Under the pieces are notes generated by a model. It had not been told where the DNA came from and made no database searches. It saw nothing but the letters and a program-made list of their open reading frames with translations. Below, one piece after another: positions 54,714 to 64,000 of a stretch of 64,000 bases of DNA. A program made the translations under genes and the position numbers. How positions within the stretch are numbered: position 1 is the stretch's first letter; every line of letters starts with the position of its first letter. Origin of the DNA: Nemertoderma westbladi (taxonomy: Eukaryota > Animalia > Xenacoelomorpha); the NCBI GenBank assembly GCA_032718475.1, contig JAUCBJ010007057.1:1-64000 (forward strand). Direction: 5' to 3'.

Positions 54714-57700
54714 TTAAGTTGGGGAGTCCCTAGATGTCGGTTGGATTAGGGAAGTGGTCGTGGGAAGAGTTTCTTGCCTTCCATAGTTTCCGGAGAGCTC
54801 TCTGTCTCTTTCCAGTAAACATAAACGTCCCACTGGGCGATTGAGCTGCTGAGTCTCAAAGACTATCCCTGGTTTCTTAAAGTTCCGCCGCATGACGACG
54901 AGCTCTACAGATCGCACCAAACCATCGCTCGAGATATAAGTCTCGATGATACGTCCTGTTTGCCATCGCTTACGTGGGAGATCGGGGTCCACAATAAGCA
55001 CCATGTCTCCAGCGCTGACGTTTTCTTGCTGCGCAAACCACTTAGTTCGAAGTTGTAGAGTGGGCAGGTAATGTTTCTCGAAATGGTCAGCGAAACGACG
55101 GGATAGCAACTGCATAAGTTGCCAGGTTCGACGGCAGTACTCGTCTCCGTCTGTAATCTCCGATCGTGGGAGCATGGCTACGGGTTTCTTCAGTAGAAAG
55201 TGCGCGGGTGTTAGCGCTTCCAGGGAATCAGGATTTGAAGAGACTGGCATAAGCGGTCTTTCGTTGAGATAGGCGGCGATTTCCTCCATTAACGTCCGCA
55301 ATAGTTCGTCGGTGAGATAAGCGCGACAAGGCACAATAAAGTGGAACGCAGTCTTCACGCTCCTAATCAATCTCTCCCAACTTCCTCCCCACCAAGGGGC
55401 GTCGGCGGCGTTGAAGGTCCAGCTAGACGCTGTTATCCTTAGCAGATCGTCCACCTGTCTTTTGTTCCAGTCCTTTACGTAAGCTTGAATTTCATTGTTG
55501 GCGCCAATGAAGTTCGTTCCCTTATCCGATCTCATCGTGTTACTGGTTCCGAAACGAGCGATCTGTCGTCGTAAACTCAACACGAAGCTGTTGGTGGATA
55601 GATCGTTTACCATATCGAGATGGATAGCTCTACAAGTCATACAAACGAAGATGACACACCATCTCTTGACTATAGTCCGGGCACGATATACTTCAATAGG
55701 GCCAAATAAATCCACACCGGTATTAGTAAAGGGTGGTTCATAGAAGCTTACTCTTTCCCTAGGTAATTCTGCCTCTCGCTGTGTTAAAGGCCTACTGAAT
55801 GCTTTCCTACAGGGTATGCAGTTCCTAAGAACTTGGTTCAGAGCCCTACGAGGTTTATAAAAATAATAGCGAGTTCGAATTTCGCTCAGAACTCGTTCTC
55901 TACCAGCATGGTACAGTTTGCTATGAACATCTACAATTATCTTGATTTGTATGTCAAGATTTCTAATAAGTATGGGAAACTTAGTGTCAAAGGATAATGG
56001 GGCGTTTGTTAGCCGACCCCCAACACGTATTAACCCATCTATCATGGTGCTAGAGAAGCGATCCCTTAAGCGCATCTGTGGATTTCTTAACAACAGGTAA
56101 TACTTATCGGAATCCTCATAACATTGTAGAAGTCTCAGCATCTGTTTGTTGGTTTCATCATGCTCCTGGTAACTGATCTTCTCCTTTAGAAACCTGTCGG
56201 ATATCTTGTATTTAGGAAGATCTTTAACAACATGGACTCTTGCAGATGTTGATGGAGCATCATCACTATGGGTCTTTGTCCCGGAGTAACGATGATGAAA
56301 ACATCGTTTTAAATAGGTGACGGCTTTACAGAGTCGATTCCAGGAACTGTAGTGACGTATCGCTCTCTGCAAGAGAGGTGAGAGTCCTTGCGCGATATCT
56401 GGTATTCCAGATTTCCAATCCTTGTCACGGATTTCCAAGACTTCTTTCGTCGTGGCGGTGGGTTTCTGATCCAAAGCATCATCTCCGGAAGTAAATAATA
56501 CAGATAGATCAACCGCAGGTTTAAACAACTTCGATTTACTCGCTCGAGTTTTGGGTTTAACTTTCTCCGCTCCCTTGGCCTGTCTGATCTCTGCTGTTGT
56601 GAGATGAGGAGGCCATTCTTCTTCTTCCCTGTAGAGAAAGTCGGGTCCTCCTAACCATTCGGGAGTATTGACCAATTCCTTTGGAGTCGCTCCTCGGGAC
56701 GCGATGTCTGCTGGATTAATCGTTCCGGGGCAATGTCTCCATTGGTCCATCATCGTGCGACTAAGTATGATGGCTACCCTGTTGGTAACGAAGACACTGA
56801 ACTGACAGACTTCATTGGTTATATACTCTAACACGAGTAAAGCGTCGGTCCAATAGACAGTTTTCTCTAATGGATAGTCAATCTGTTCGGTTACATTCCG
56901 GCCGATGGCTGTAGCGTATAGAGCCGCTTTTAACTCCGCTCGAGGAACTTTCAACTTGTTGTTGATTAATGCCTTAGAAGTAACCAAGGCGACTTTGATT
57001 CCATCCGGAGTTTCCACTCTTAGGTAGGCTACTATACCGATTCCCATATCGCTGGCGTCTCCAAACACATGGAGTTGATAGGAATACGTAGGGAGAACAT
57101 GACCAAAATATGAACGGGAAATTATAAAATCCTCGATGGCCGGTAGAGAATCTTCCCATTTCATCCACTTCTTCAATAATTCTCCCTTAAGTGGATCGTC
57201 CCATGAGTGGTTTTCAAGCCACATTTGTTGTACCAAACTTCGAGCAATCAATATAACTGGGCTAATAAATCCCAATGGATCGAAATAAGTGCTCAGTATA
57301 CTTAAGCAAATCCGTTTGGTTCGAACTGGATTATCTCGCTGTTTTAGTTGGAAAAACAGGATATCTCGCTCTGTGTCCCATTTCAAGCCGAGTGTCTTGG
57401 TCTCTGGCAGATCATCTTTGATCAAATCGAGATCTTTCGCTCTGCGATCTTCCGCAGGGATCGACTCCAGAAACTCACGGGAGTTGCTGGTGAATTTGGT
57501 TAATCGAAATCCACCTCTTTTTAAGCACTCTACCGTTCCTTTAGCGACCTCAATGGCTTCCTCAACTGATGGGAGGGACTTCAGATTGTCGTCCATGTAT
57601 ATGTCTTTCTTGATGTTGTCGATCACTTCCTTAGAGAAGGCCTCTCTGTTGTCCTCTGCAGTGGTACGCACTACCGAACAGGCGTTGGAAGGGCTTGAGA

Positions 57701-60700
57701 TTATCCCAAAGGCCTGGATGGTCATCCAGTACTCCACCGGTTTCTGGTTGAGGTCTCCTTCGGGCCACCATAGAAATCGTAAGCTATCCCGATCCCTATC
57801 CAACACTTTGACTTGCAAGAACATGCCTTCTATATCGGAGGCGAAAGCAATCGAATATTGTCTCAATCTTAAAAGAATTCCCAACAAAGATTGAAGCAAG
57901 TTGGGTCCGGGTAACAATTCAGAGTTAAGGGATTGACCCATGTAAAGAGCGGAGCCATCAAACACTACTCTCACTTCATGTGGTTTACCGGGTTTAGGAA
58001 CGTAATGGTGGGTTAAGTAATACGTTCTTTCAGTCACAGGTGTTTCTTCCGGTACTCTCTCCGCGTATCCCTTACTAATGAATTTTTCCAGCTGTGTTTG
58101 ATACATTGCTTTAGCTGAAGAATTAGCTGTAAGGCGTCGATGGAGTTGCGCGATTCTTTTTTCCGCCAGGGGTCTATTATTGATGAACTTCGGTTCTCTC
58201 TTGCGAAAAGGTAAACCGACTTCGTATCTTCCTTGATCTTTGAGGAAACGTATAGTTGTCTCTTGGATCTGCTTGGCCCTTTCCTCTTCCACCGACAAGG
58301 CTTTATCGTAGGAATTGGGCTCTACCGCCTCTTGCGTAAAGAATCGTACAGCATGTTCATCTCGAGTCTTGGCATTGCAACGTTCAATGACGTCATTTAA
58401 CTCGTCGTTATAAGCTTCTCGTTCAGAGGGATAGAGAAGTTGACATAAGTTAACTTGGTTTTGCCAAGCCTCGTTTTCCTTAAGGAGATCGATGGTATTC
58501 TCCTCATCAAAAAGCTGGTGAACGTCGTCGTTATCTGAGGAGTATGGAATTCCCTCAGTTGAATCGTCTCCTTCACTAGCATCATCTTCCCATTCACTCA
58601 CCTGGCAGACTCTCTCTTGCGGTAGTCTTTCTCGGAGTGTTCTACGGGAAGGGCCAGTAAAGTACCAACCTACTCTAGTTCTTACCGCATAGGTCTGTAG
58701 GGGCTGCGGTTGAGCAGGCCGTTTCTCTAATGTCTCCAGCGCCTCATGCGCGTTTTGGCCGATGAGTATTTGCACTCCAGGATAATCAGTCTGGAATCGA
58801 GGTATGTTAAGATGTTGGATGCTCTCATCCTCGTCCCAATTATAAAGGTCTGCTTGAGTAGTAGCGAAGTTCTTTATAGCCACCATTTTCACTGACCTTA
58901 TGCTGTGTTCTCCTAGTTCGTCTTGGGGGGTGGACAACGCTCCTACATAATAATCAGCTGTTACTGTAGATTTCCAAACTTGCATAATGCCTGACATGTT
59001 GAGCTTAGTTTGGAACTTGGGTTGTCCAGCAAATATATCTTCAGCTAACTCTTTATCGATGAATGTTCCTGTGCTGCCGGAGTCCAGGAGGGCGTTCACT
59101 ACATAACTCCTCTCAGGTCCGTGAACCCTTACTTGCACCACAGGAAACTCTCGGATCCCTACATTGGAAGATGGCTCTTTCCAAGATGGTTGTCGCTCAG
59201 AAGTAGTTAGAGTAAAGTCGTTATCTGGATCCTTTTCATATGTGAGTGCTCGATACACTGCGGTATTTATCATGTAACAGGATTCGTTTTCGTCGGAGAA
59301 CTCGTCTGTATAGAATCCTTCCATCTCAGATTGATCAGTGTCGTTCACATCACTGAATTGGACATGTAACTCGGAATCACTCACCTGATTCGGACTATTT
59401 CGATCGAATTCAGCGTGCAACAAGATATGATGTTTCGCACCACACTTTGCACACCTTATGTCAGAGAAACAGGTTCGCCGTTGGTGTCCTTGTCTGAGGC
59501 AATTATAACATAACCGCTTATCCCACATGACTTCGCGTCTCTCTGTTAATGATTTCTTTAGAAATTCATCACACCTATTCAAATGGTGGATCCCGTCGCA
59601 CAGCGCACATTTCGGTTTGATGTTACTTACCTTATTCTGAGTCACATTGTGTACACTTGCCTTTTCTTCGGGCTTTCTCACCTGAATTCTCTTGGGAGAC
59701 GTGGGAGGAGTTTTTCTTACCTGTTCCCTCCTGTCATTTGTTCGAGACTTGAATTTACTTACCTGATCTTTAGGCAATTTATTCACGTAATAAGATCTAT
59801 CCGTGTCCTTCCCGCTATCTTCTCCTTGAGAAGTCTGGCTTTCGCCGTCATCGGTATAACATACTGGTGTTACTTTTCTCCTATAGACGGGTTTTTCACT
59901 TACCTTGCTTTCCGGTGTCTTCTCTCTGGACAGTTTCAGGAGCTGTAATTTCACTTCTCCATCTAGGAATGACATGAGATCAGCCATGGTAGGGTCTCGC
60001 CGTTGTTGTTCCATCATATATAACACTTTCTTATCCCAGCGTGTACCTACTCCACCTTTAGGTAAAGTAGAAGCCACTGCTCTAATAACCATAGTGTTCT
60101 GATACTCATGAGACTTACCTAGCCAATCTAATTGTCTGCAGATCTCCTGGATCTCATCGGAAAACTCGATAATTCCGCTACTAATAAACTTTCGGGGCGC
60201 TACTAATTTTGCATACAAGTACCCAGCGATATTATTCCTATTACCATACCTGATGTTTAGCGTATCCCAAACTTGTCTTAATCCGTCTGGATGTCCAATA
60301 AACTTTAACGCCATTAACTTGGGAGATCCATCCAAGCACTCGATGAGGTATCTAAGTTTTTCTCCATTAGATAGTACAGAGTTCTGTATGTTATCTTTGT
60401 AATATTCATTAAAAGGTAACCATTTCATCTCATCTCCATTGAACTTGACGATCTCTCCCACCTTTACCGCTTGCCGGGCTTCGGTTCTAGCCATTTGACG
60501 CGTAAAACTTTCTTGGGCCATCGTGTTATTTAATATCGAGTTATCGGTATATAAATTTCTCGGATTATGATCAGTTCTATATGGAATATCATTATCAACA
60601 GTTCTATAATTACCCTTAATAGGGTTCACTATAGGAGTTTCAACTTCGCTAGCAGTATATATGCGTGTAGGCTCCACACCTTGCGCATGAGATACTTCAG

Positions 60701-62825
60701 ACCTAACAGGTTGACACATTGTTACTGAGGATGGTGGTATACCTCTTTGTGTGTTTACTAATTTATCGCGCTCTAGCGCGATACTTTGCTGCACTTCTTG
60801 CAACTCTAGCCTACTTTCCCTTACTGTGCCCTTGAACTGCTGGACAGTCTCCTGCATCTGTCCGAGCAGGATATCCATCCCCCGCCGTCCCTCGTCCACC
60901 CATTCGACCGCCGAAGCGGGAGTCGCCAACGTTGTAGCGGGCGGACGATGGACAACGGGCGACAAATTATGAATATTGCGCTCGGGACCCAGGACCTGAA
61001 CTGTCTCTGGGGCAGTTCTACGGGGCACAGGTAGCTTAGTGCTATGCAGAGGGAATTTAGAGGTAGTCTCAGGGAGCACAGGTGTGTCTATCACCGAAGG
61101 GGTGATTTCAAGAACAGGCCTAATTATTTCAGGCTCATCTACTATAGTAGGGAGTCTTTCTATTTTAATTATTTGGTCTGTGGGCTCTGTACTACCTAAG
61201 TTGGTGTTATTTAGTTGCCTTCTAACAGCTGGAGCCAAATCAGGCAATTTCTGACGGTGGAATGTTCTTTTACGTCTGCTTAGACGAGATCTATTTCCTT
61301 TGCCTTCAGTATCGGTGGTATCGCCTTCCTCCGATGATGTATATCCCTGTCTTTTGGGAGTAGATCGATCCATCATCTGCATATTGCTAGCCGTTAACTG
61401 TTTATTTATGCAGTCTTGATTCTCCTGAATGTTTTCCAATTCTAACTGGGTGGTTTCTTCAGTCGCTCTCCGTTCTGCTTCTGCCACTGCCTCTGCCGCC
61501 TTTCTTTCAGCTGCTGCTTCTGCCAAGGTCGCCTTTGCTTCTGCCGCTGCCTCCGCCGCCTTTGCCTCAGCCGCTGCCGCTTTTGCCTCTGCTGCTGCCT
61601 CTGCCGCTGCCACTTTTCTTTCTGCTTCTGCAGCTACCACTGCTGCTTTCTTTCTGTCTTCTATACGTTTTTTCTTTACTTGTTCTTCTTGGACTCGTGT
61701 CAGGCGGAGTTGTTCATCAAATTTAGCCTGATTCGCAGCCCTCATTTCCACATCGATGGCATCCAACACAAGCTTGGTTCCTTCGCTATTAGGGCTAAGT
61801 CCCTCTAACCTTCTCCTCAACTCGTCATCACCTAAAAAACGCTGATAGTCTGACAGATAGATGTCAATGGCATCCCTCTTATGTGGTTTCTCTGCCGTCG
61901 CTTCACTTTCCACTTGGGAAAAAGTGGCGTCTGTTGATTCTCCATGGGTTGATCGCTCCTCCAGCTGAGCTTTCCACTGAGCTGTTCCTTGAACTTGGAG
62001 ATTCACCCTTTGAAACCAAGTCTTTACGGCAACTTGCAACGACGTGTCTTGTCTTCTTTTAGAAGCCTCCTCAAAGGCGGATAAGATTAGCCTAATTCGC
62101 AGAACTCTTTCTCTAACTTGATAAAGCAGCTGTCCCTGCTCTTGAGGTCCTTGAGGTTGTTTAAACAGTTGTCTTTCTACTCGCTCCATAGAGCTGAAGA
62201 ATCCCTGTGCGTATCCGGCTGCGGACCTCTTCCATACAGCTGGATCGATGGTTTCCTTGGCTACTCCCATCCGGTGTATGTCTTCCCAGGCAGCTTCTGA
62301 TAAATCAAACGGGAGTCCGGGTCCGGGGAAGTTCCATTGCGACTCGACAATAGACTTCAGTTCTTCACTCGTGTATCCCGCGTAACTATCTCTCTTTGAC
62401 CGTTGACTTCTCGCCCAATCGATCTGGTGTTCTTCCACCGCGATCAATAACCTAGTGAGTACGGCTGCAGGAAGGATGAGAAGGGGATCCGTATAAGCCG
62501 CATCCGTCATCTCTGCTCCGCGCTCGGGTGTCAGCTCTACAGTATCCTCACTACTGGAGCTGCTGGGCCGCTGAGGTATAAGTTCTTGACTCGCGGGTTG
62601 TTGCTGTTCCGCTGCTTCTTGGTCCCGCTTGACCTGAGCTCGGGTGCCTATGATAGACCTACGATGTTGGACTAGCCTAGGTTCTGTTATTACTACTGGA
62701 GGGATGACCTTCCTCACAGTGGGAGGTGAACTGAATTTACGACCAGACGGTTGTACGTCTCTATCTGAGTCGCAGATAGTTACATCTAATATACTGTCTG
62801 ACAGGTTCTGCTTAGTATCAGACAT
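54714..62825 (-). CDS. gag-pol: BEL/Pao Gag-Pol polyprotein, 2703 aa, apparently intact
   Basis: Same domains as 27223-35328. Retains the KFTSNS and TKR motifs that are altered in copy B. Confidence 0.97.
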   Translation of the reverse strand: MSDTKQNLSDSILDVTICDSDRDVQPSGRKFSSPPTVRKVIPPVVITEPRLVQHRRSIIGTRAQVKRDQEAAEQQQPASQELIPQRPSSSSSEDTVELTPERGAEMTDAAYTDPLLILPAAVLTRLLIAVEEHQIDWARSQRSKRDSYAGYTSEELKSIVESQWNFPGPGLPFDLSEAAWEDIHRMGVAKETIDPAVWKRSAAGYAQGFFSSMERVERQLFKQPQGPQEQGQLLYQVRERVLRIRLILSAFEEASKRRQDTSLQVAVKTWFQRVNLQVQGTAQWKAQLEERSTHGESTDATFSQVESEATAEKPHKRDAIDIYLSDYQRFLGDDELRRRLEGLSPNSEGTKLVLDAIDVEMRAANQAKFDEQLRLTRVQEEQVKKKRIEDRKKAAVVAAEAERKVAAAEAAAEAKAAAAEAKAAEAAAEAKATLAEAAAERKAAEAVAEAERRATEETTQLELENIQENQDCINKQLTASNMQMMDRSTPKRQGYTSSEEGDTTDTEGKGNRSRLSRRKRTFHRQKLPDLAPAVRRQLNNTNLGSTEPTDQIIKIERLPTIVDEPEIIRPVLEITPSVIDTPVLPETTSKFPLHSTKLPVPRRTAPETVQVLGPERNIHNLSPVVHRPPATTLATPASAVEWVDEGRRGMDILLGQMQETVQQFKGTVRESRLELQEVQQSIALERDKLVNTQRGIPPSSVTMCQPVRSEVSHAQGVEPTRIYTASEVETPIVNPIKGNYRTVDNDIPYRTDHNPRNLYTDNSILNNTMAQESFTRQMARTEARQAVKVGEIVKFNGDEMKWLPFNEYYKDNIQNSVLSNGEKLRYLIECLDGSPKLMALKFIGHPDGLRQVWDTLNIRYGNRNNIAGYLYAKLVAPRKFISSGIIEFSDEIQEICRQLDWLGKSHEYQNTMVIRAVASTLPKGGVGTRWDKKVLYMMEQQRRDPTMADLMSFLDGEVKLQLLKLSREKTPESKVSEKPVYRRKVTPVCYTDDGESQTSQGEDSGKDTDRSYYVNKLPKDQVSKFKSRTNDRREQVRKTPPTSPKRIQVRKPEEKASVHNVTQNKVSNIKPKCALCDGIHHLNRCDEFLKKSLTERREVMWDKRLCYNCLRQGHQRRTCFSDIRCAKCGAKHHILLHAEFDRNSPNQVSDSELHVQFSDVNDTDQSEMEGFYTDEFSDENESCYMINTAVYRALTYEKDPDNDFTLTTSERQPSWKEPSSNVGIREFPVVQVRVHGPERSYVVNALLDSGSTGTFIDKELAEDIFAGQPKFQTKLNMSGIMQVWKSTVTADYYVGALSTPQDELGEHSIRSVKMVAIKNFATTQADLYNWDEDESIQHLNIPRFQTDYPGVQILIGQNAHEALETLEKRPAQPQPLQTYAVRTRVGWYFTGPSRRTLRERLPQERVCQVSEWEDDASEGDDSTEGIPYSSDNDDVHQLFDEENTIDLLKENEAWQNQVNLCQLLYPSEREAYNDELNDVIERCNAKTRDEHAVRFFTQEAVEPNSYDKALSVEEERAKQIQETTIRFLKDQGRYEVGLPFRKREPKFINNRPLAEKRIAQLHRRLTANSSAKAMYQTQLEKFISKGYAERVPEETPVTERTYYLTHHYVPKPGKPHEVRVVFDGSALYMGQSLNSELLPGPNLLQSLLGILLRLRQYSIAFASDIEGMFLQVKVLDRDRDSLRFLWWPEGDLNQKPVEYWMTIQAFGIISSPSNACSVVRTTAEDNREAFSKEVIDNIKKDIYMDDNLKSLPSVEEAIEVAKGTVECLKRGGFRLTKFTSNSREFLESIPAEDRRAKDLDLIKDDLPETKTLGLKWDTERDILFFQLKQRDNPVRTKRICLSILSTYFDPLGFISPVILIARSLVQQMWLENHSWDDPLKGELLKKWMKWEDSLPAIEDFIISRSYFGHVLPTYSYQLHVFGDASDMGIGIVAYLRVETPDGIKVALVTSKALINNKLKVPRAELKAALYATAIGRNVTEQIDYPLEKTVYWTDALLVLEYITNEVCQFSVFVTNRVAIILSRTMMDQWRHCPGTINPADIASRGATPKELVNTPEWLGGPDFLYREEEEWPPHLTTAEIRQAKGAEKVKPKTRASKSKLFKPAVDLSVLFTSGDDALDQKPTATTKEVLEIRDKDWKSGIPDIAQGLSPLLQRAIRHYSSWNRLCKAVTYLKRCFHHRYSGTKTHSDDAPSTSARVHVVKDLPKYKISDRFLKEKISYQEHDETNKQMLRLLQCYEDSDKYYLLLRNPQMRLRDRFSSTMIDGLIRVGGRLTNAPLSFDTKFPILIRNLDIQIKIIVDVHSKLYHAGRERVLSEIRTRYYFYKPRRALNQVLRNCIPCRKAFSRPLTQREAELPRERVSFYEPPFTNTGVDLFGPIEVYRARTIVKRWCVIFVCMTCRAIHLDMVNDLSTNSFVLSLRRQIARFGTSNTMRSDKGTNFIGANNEIQAYVKDWNKRQVDDLLRITASSWTFNAADAPWWGGSWERLIRSVKTAFHFIVPCRAYLTDELLRTLMEEIAAYLNERPLMPVSSNPDSLEALTPAHFLLKKPVAMLPRSEITDGDEYCRRTWQLMQLLSRRFADHFEKHYLPTLQLRTKWFAQQENVSAGDMVLIVDPDLPRKRWQTGRIIETYISSDGLVRSVELVVMRRNFKKPGIVFETQQLNRPVGRLCLLERDRELSGNYGRQETLPTTTSLIQPTSRDSPT

Positions 62826-64000
62826 GACTATGTATACCGTTGAATGTCTACTGCTGTATTACAGTCTGAGCAAGTCTAGTAACTCAGTATTAACTGCTAG
62901 CCTAATAATTAATTACCGGTACTGCTACTCAGTGTAGCGTGATATATATATAATATATTAGAATACCGGTATACTTATAGTATATATAAGTATTATTACA
63001 GACTAGGTTTATCGCAGAATACCGGTATAATTTTAGCACAAGTATATATAAATATATAATAGGCCTATCGGGAATACCGGTACACAGCTTACAGTTTATA
63101 GTATATATAATTCTGGAATAGAATTAATTATAAGTACCGGTATAATTTCAGCCTAAATTTATAGAAATAAAGATAATAGGCCTATTGTAAATACCGGTAT
63201 ATCAATTATTTTAAATAACTGAATTTCTGAATTTCAAGGGTTACTTGGTTACCTTACTTACTTTATTACCGTTATTTGAGCAGTAATCCAACTGATATTG
63301 AGACCTAATTGTTATATGGTAGGCCTACTATTTATAAATCGTTAGATTTGATTTATAATATATATATACCCGTTTTAATGGGTTTTGTCAATGTTTGAAA
63401 TAAATGTTATTATTTCTGGGGAGTAATCACTACACAAAGCGGTGTGCTTTCAGTGAAGTGTTACTTATAGGACACTAAAATAAATAATTCTAATTTACCT
63501 AAGTTACTTAATACTACAAATTACGTACAAGTCGGGTTGGGATTACAATCTCTAAATAAACACAAAAATTTACAAAAAACACAAAATACGAATTTCAGGG
63601 TAATTTTACAAGAAGTCTACAAACCAGCCTAACAAAGGGTTAGAAAACCGGTTATTACAACGGACAGGGTACTACGGTATTTGAAATAATAAGTAGTAGT
63701 AAATACACTGCGTTGTCCAGATAGGAAAATACCACCGCCTGACGACCTATAGCCGTATCGCTATAGGTTCTACGTTATGTATCACGGAGTGTTCCTACCT
63801 AGAAGTTAATAGAGCTAATCGAACGTGCCTATCAACCACTTTACAACACAAATATAATGCCTACACTAATTACTTCGGAAAGTACTGTACACTAAACCCT
63901 AAATTAGGTACGAGTACTTGTACAACAGATAATCAGTAGTTAAATATACTTGAACAGCTAAAAGAACCACGGCATCTGCTGGAGTGACCGATGCACAAAA

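Larger units (their letters stand above)
50282..64000 (-). mobile_element. BEL/Pao LTR retrotransposon copy C (5' LTR beyond the window)
   Basis: Reverse complement is colinear with copy B from the leader (~26050) to the LTR end. Confidence 0.95.

Overview
AT-rich, repeat-dense metazoan (invertebrate-looking) DNA. It is dominated by three diverged copies of one very large BEL/Pao LTR retrotransposon family. Copy A (1-4980, +) is the 3' part only. Copy B (23866-40832, +) has both LTRs, spans ~17 kb and sits in a 62-bp satellite with a 5-bp TSD. Copy C (50282-64000, -) lacks its 5' LTR, which lies outside the window. B and C each encode an open ~2700-aa Gag-PR-RT-RH-IN polyprotein. All three copies carry an unusual cassette between pol and the 3' LTR: a ~1.5-kb spacer with covarying RNA stems, then at least three sense-strand non-env ORFs, one of them a 594-aa triple zinc-knuckle protein with a basic tail. 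Each copy has lost a different part of this cassette. Copy B has no TGG/tRNA-type primer-binding site. Instead, the 21 nt after its 5' LTR are complementary to a segment inside the LTR, which suggests tRNA-independent self-priming. The only host-type gene is an intronless GABA-A-like Cys-loop channel subunit (13358-14590, -) flanked by two RTE-like LINE relics. The rest is satellites and minisatellites (62, 17/21, 18 and 12 bp), nested MITE/foldback elements and palindromes. All alignments and counts were done by eye and are approximate.
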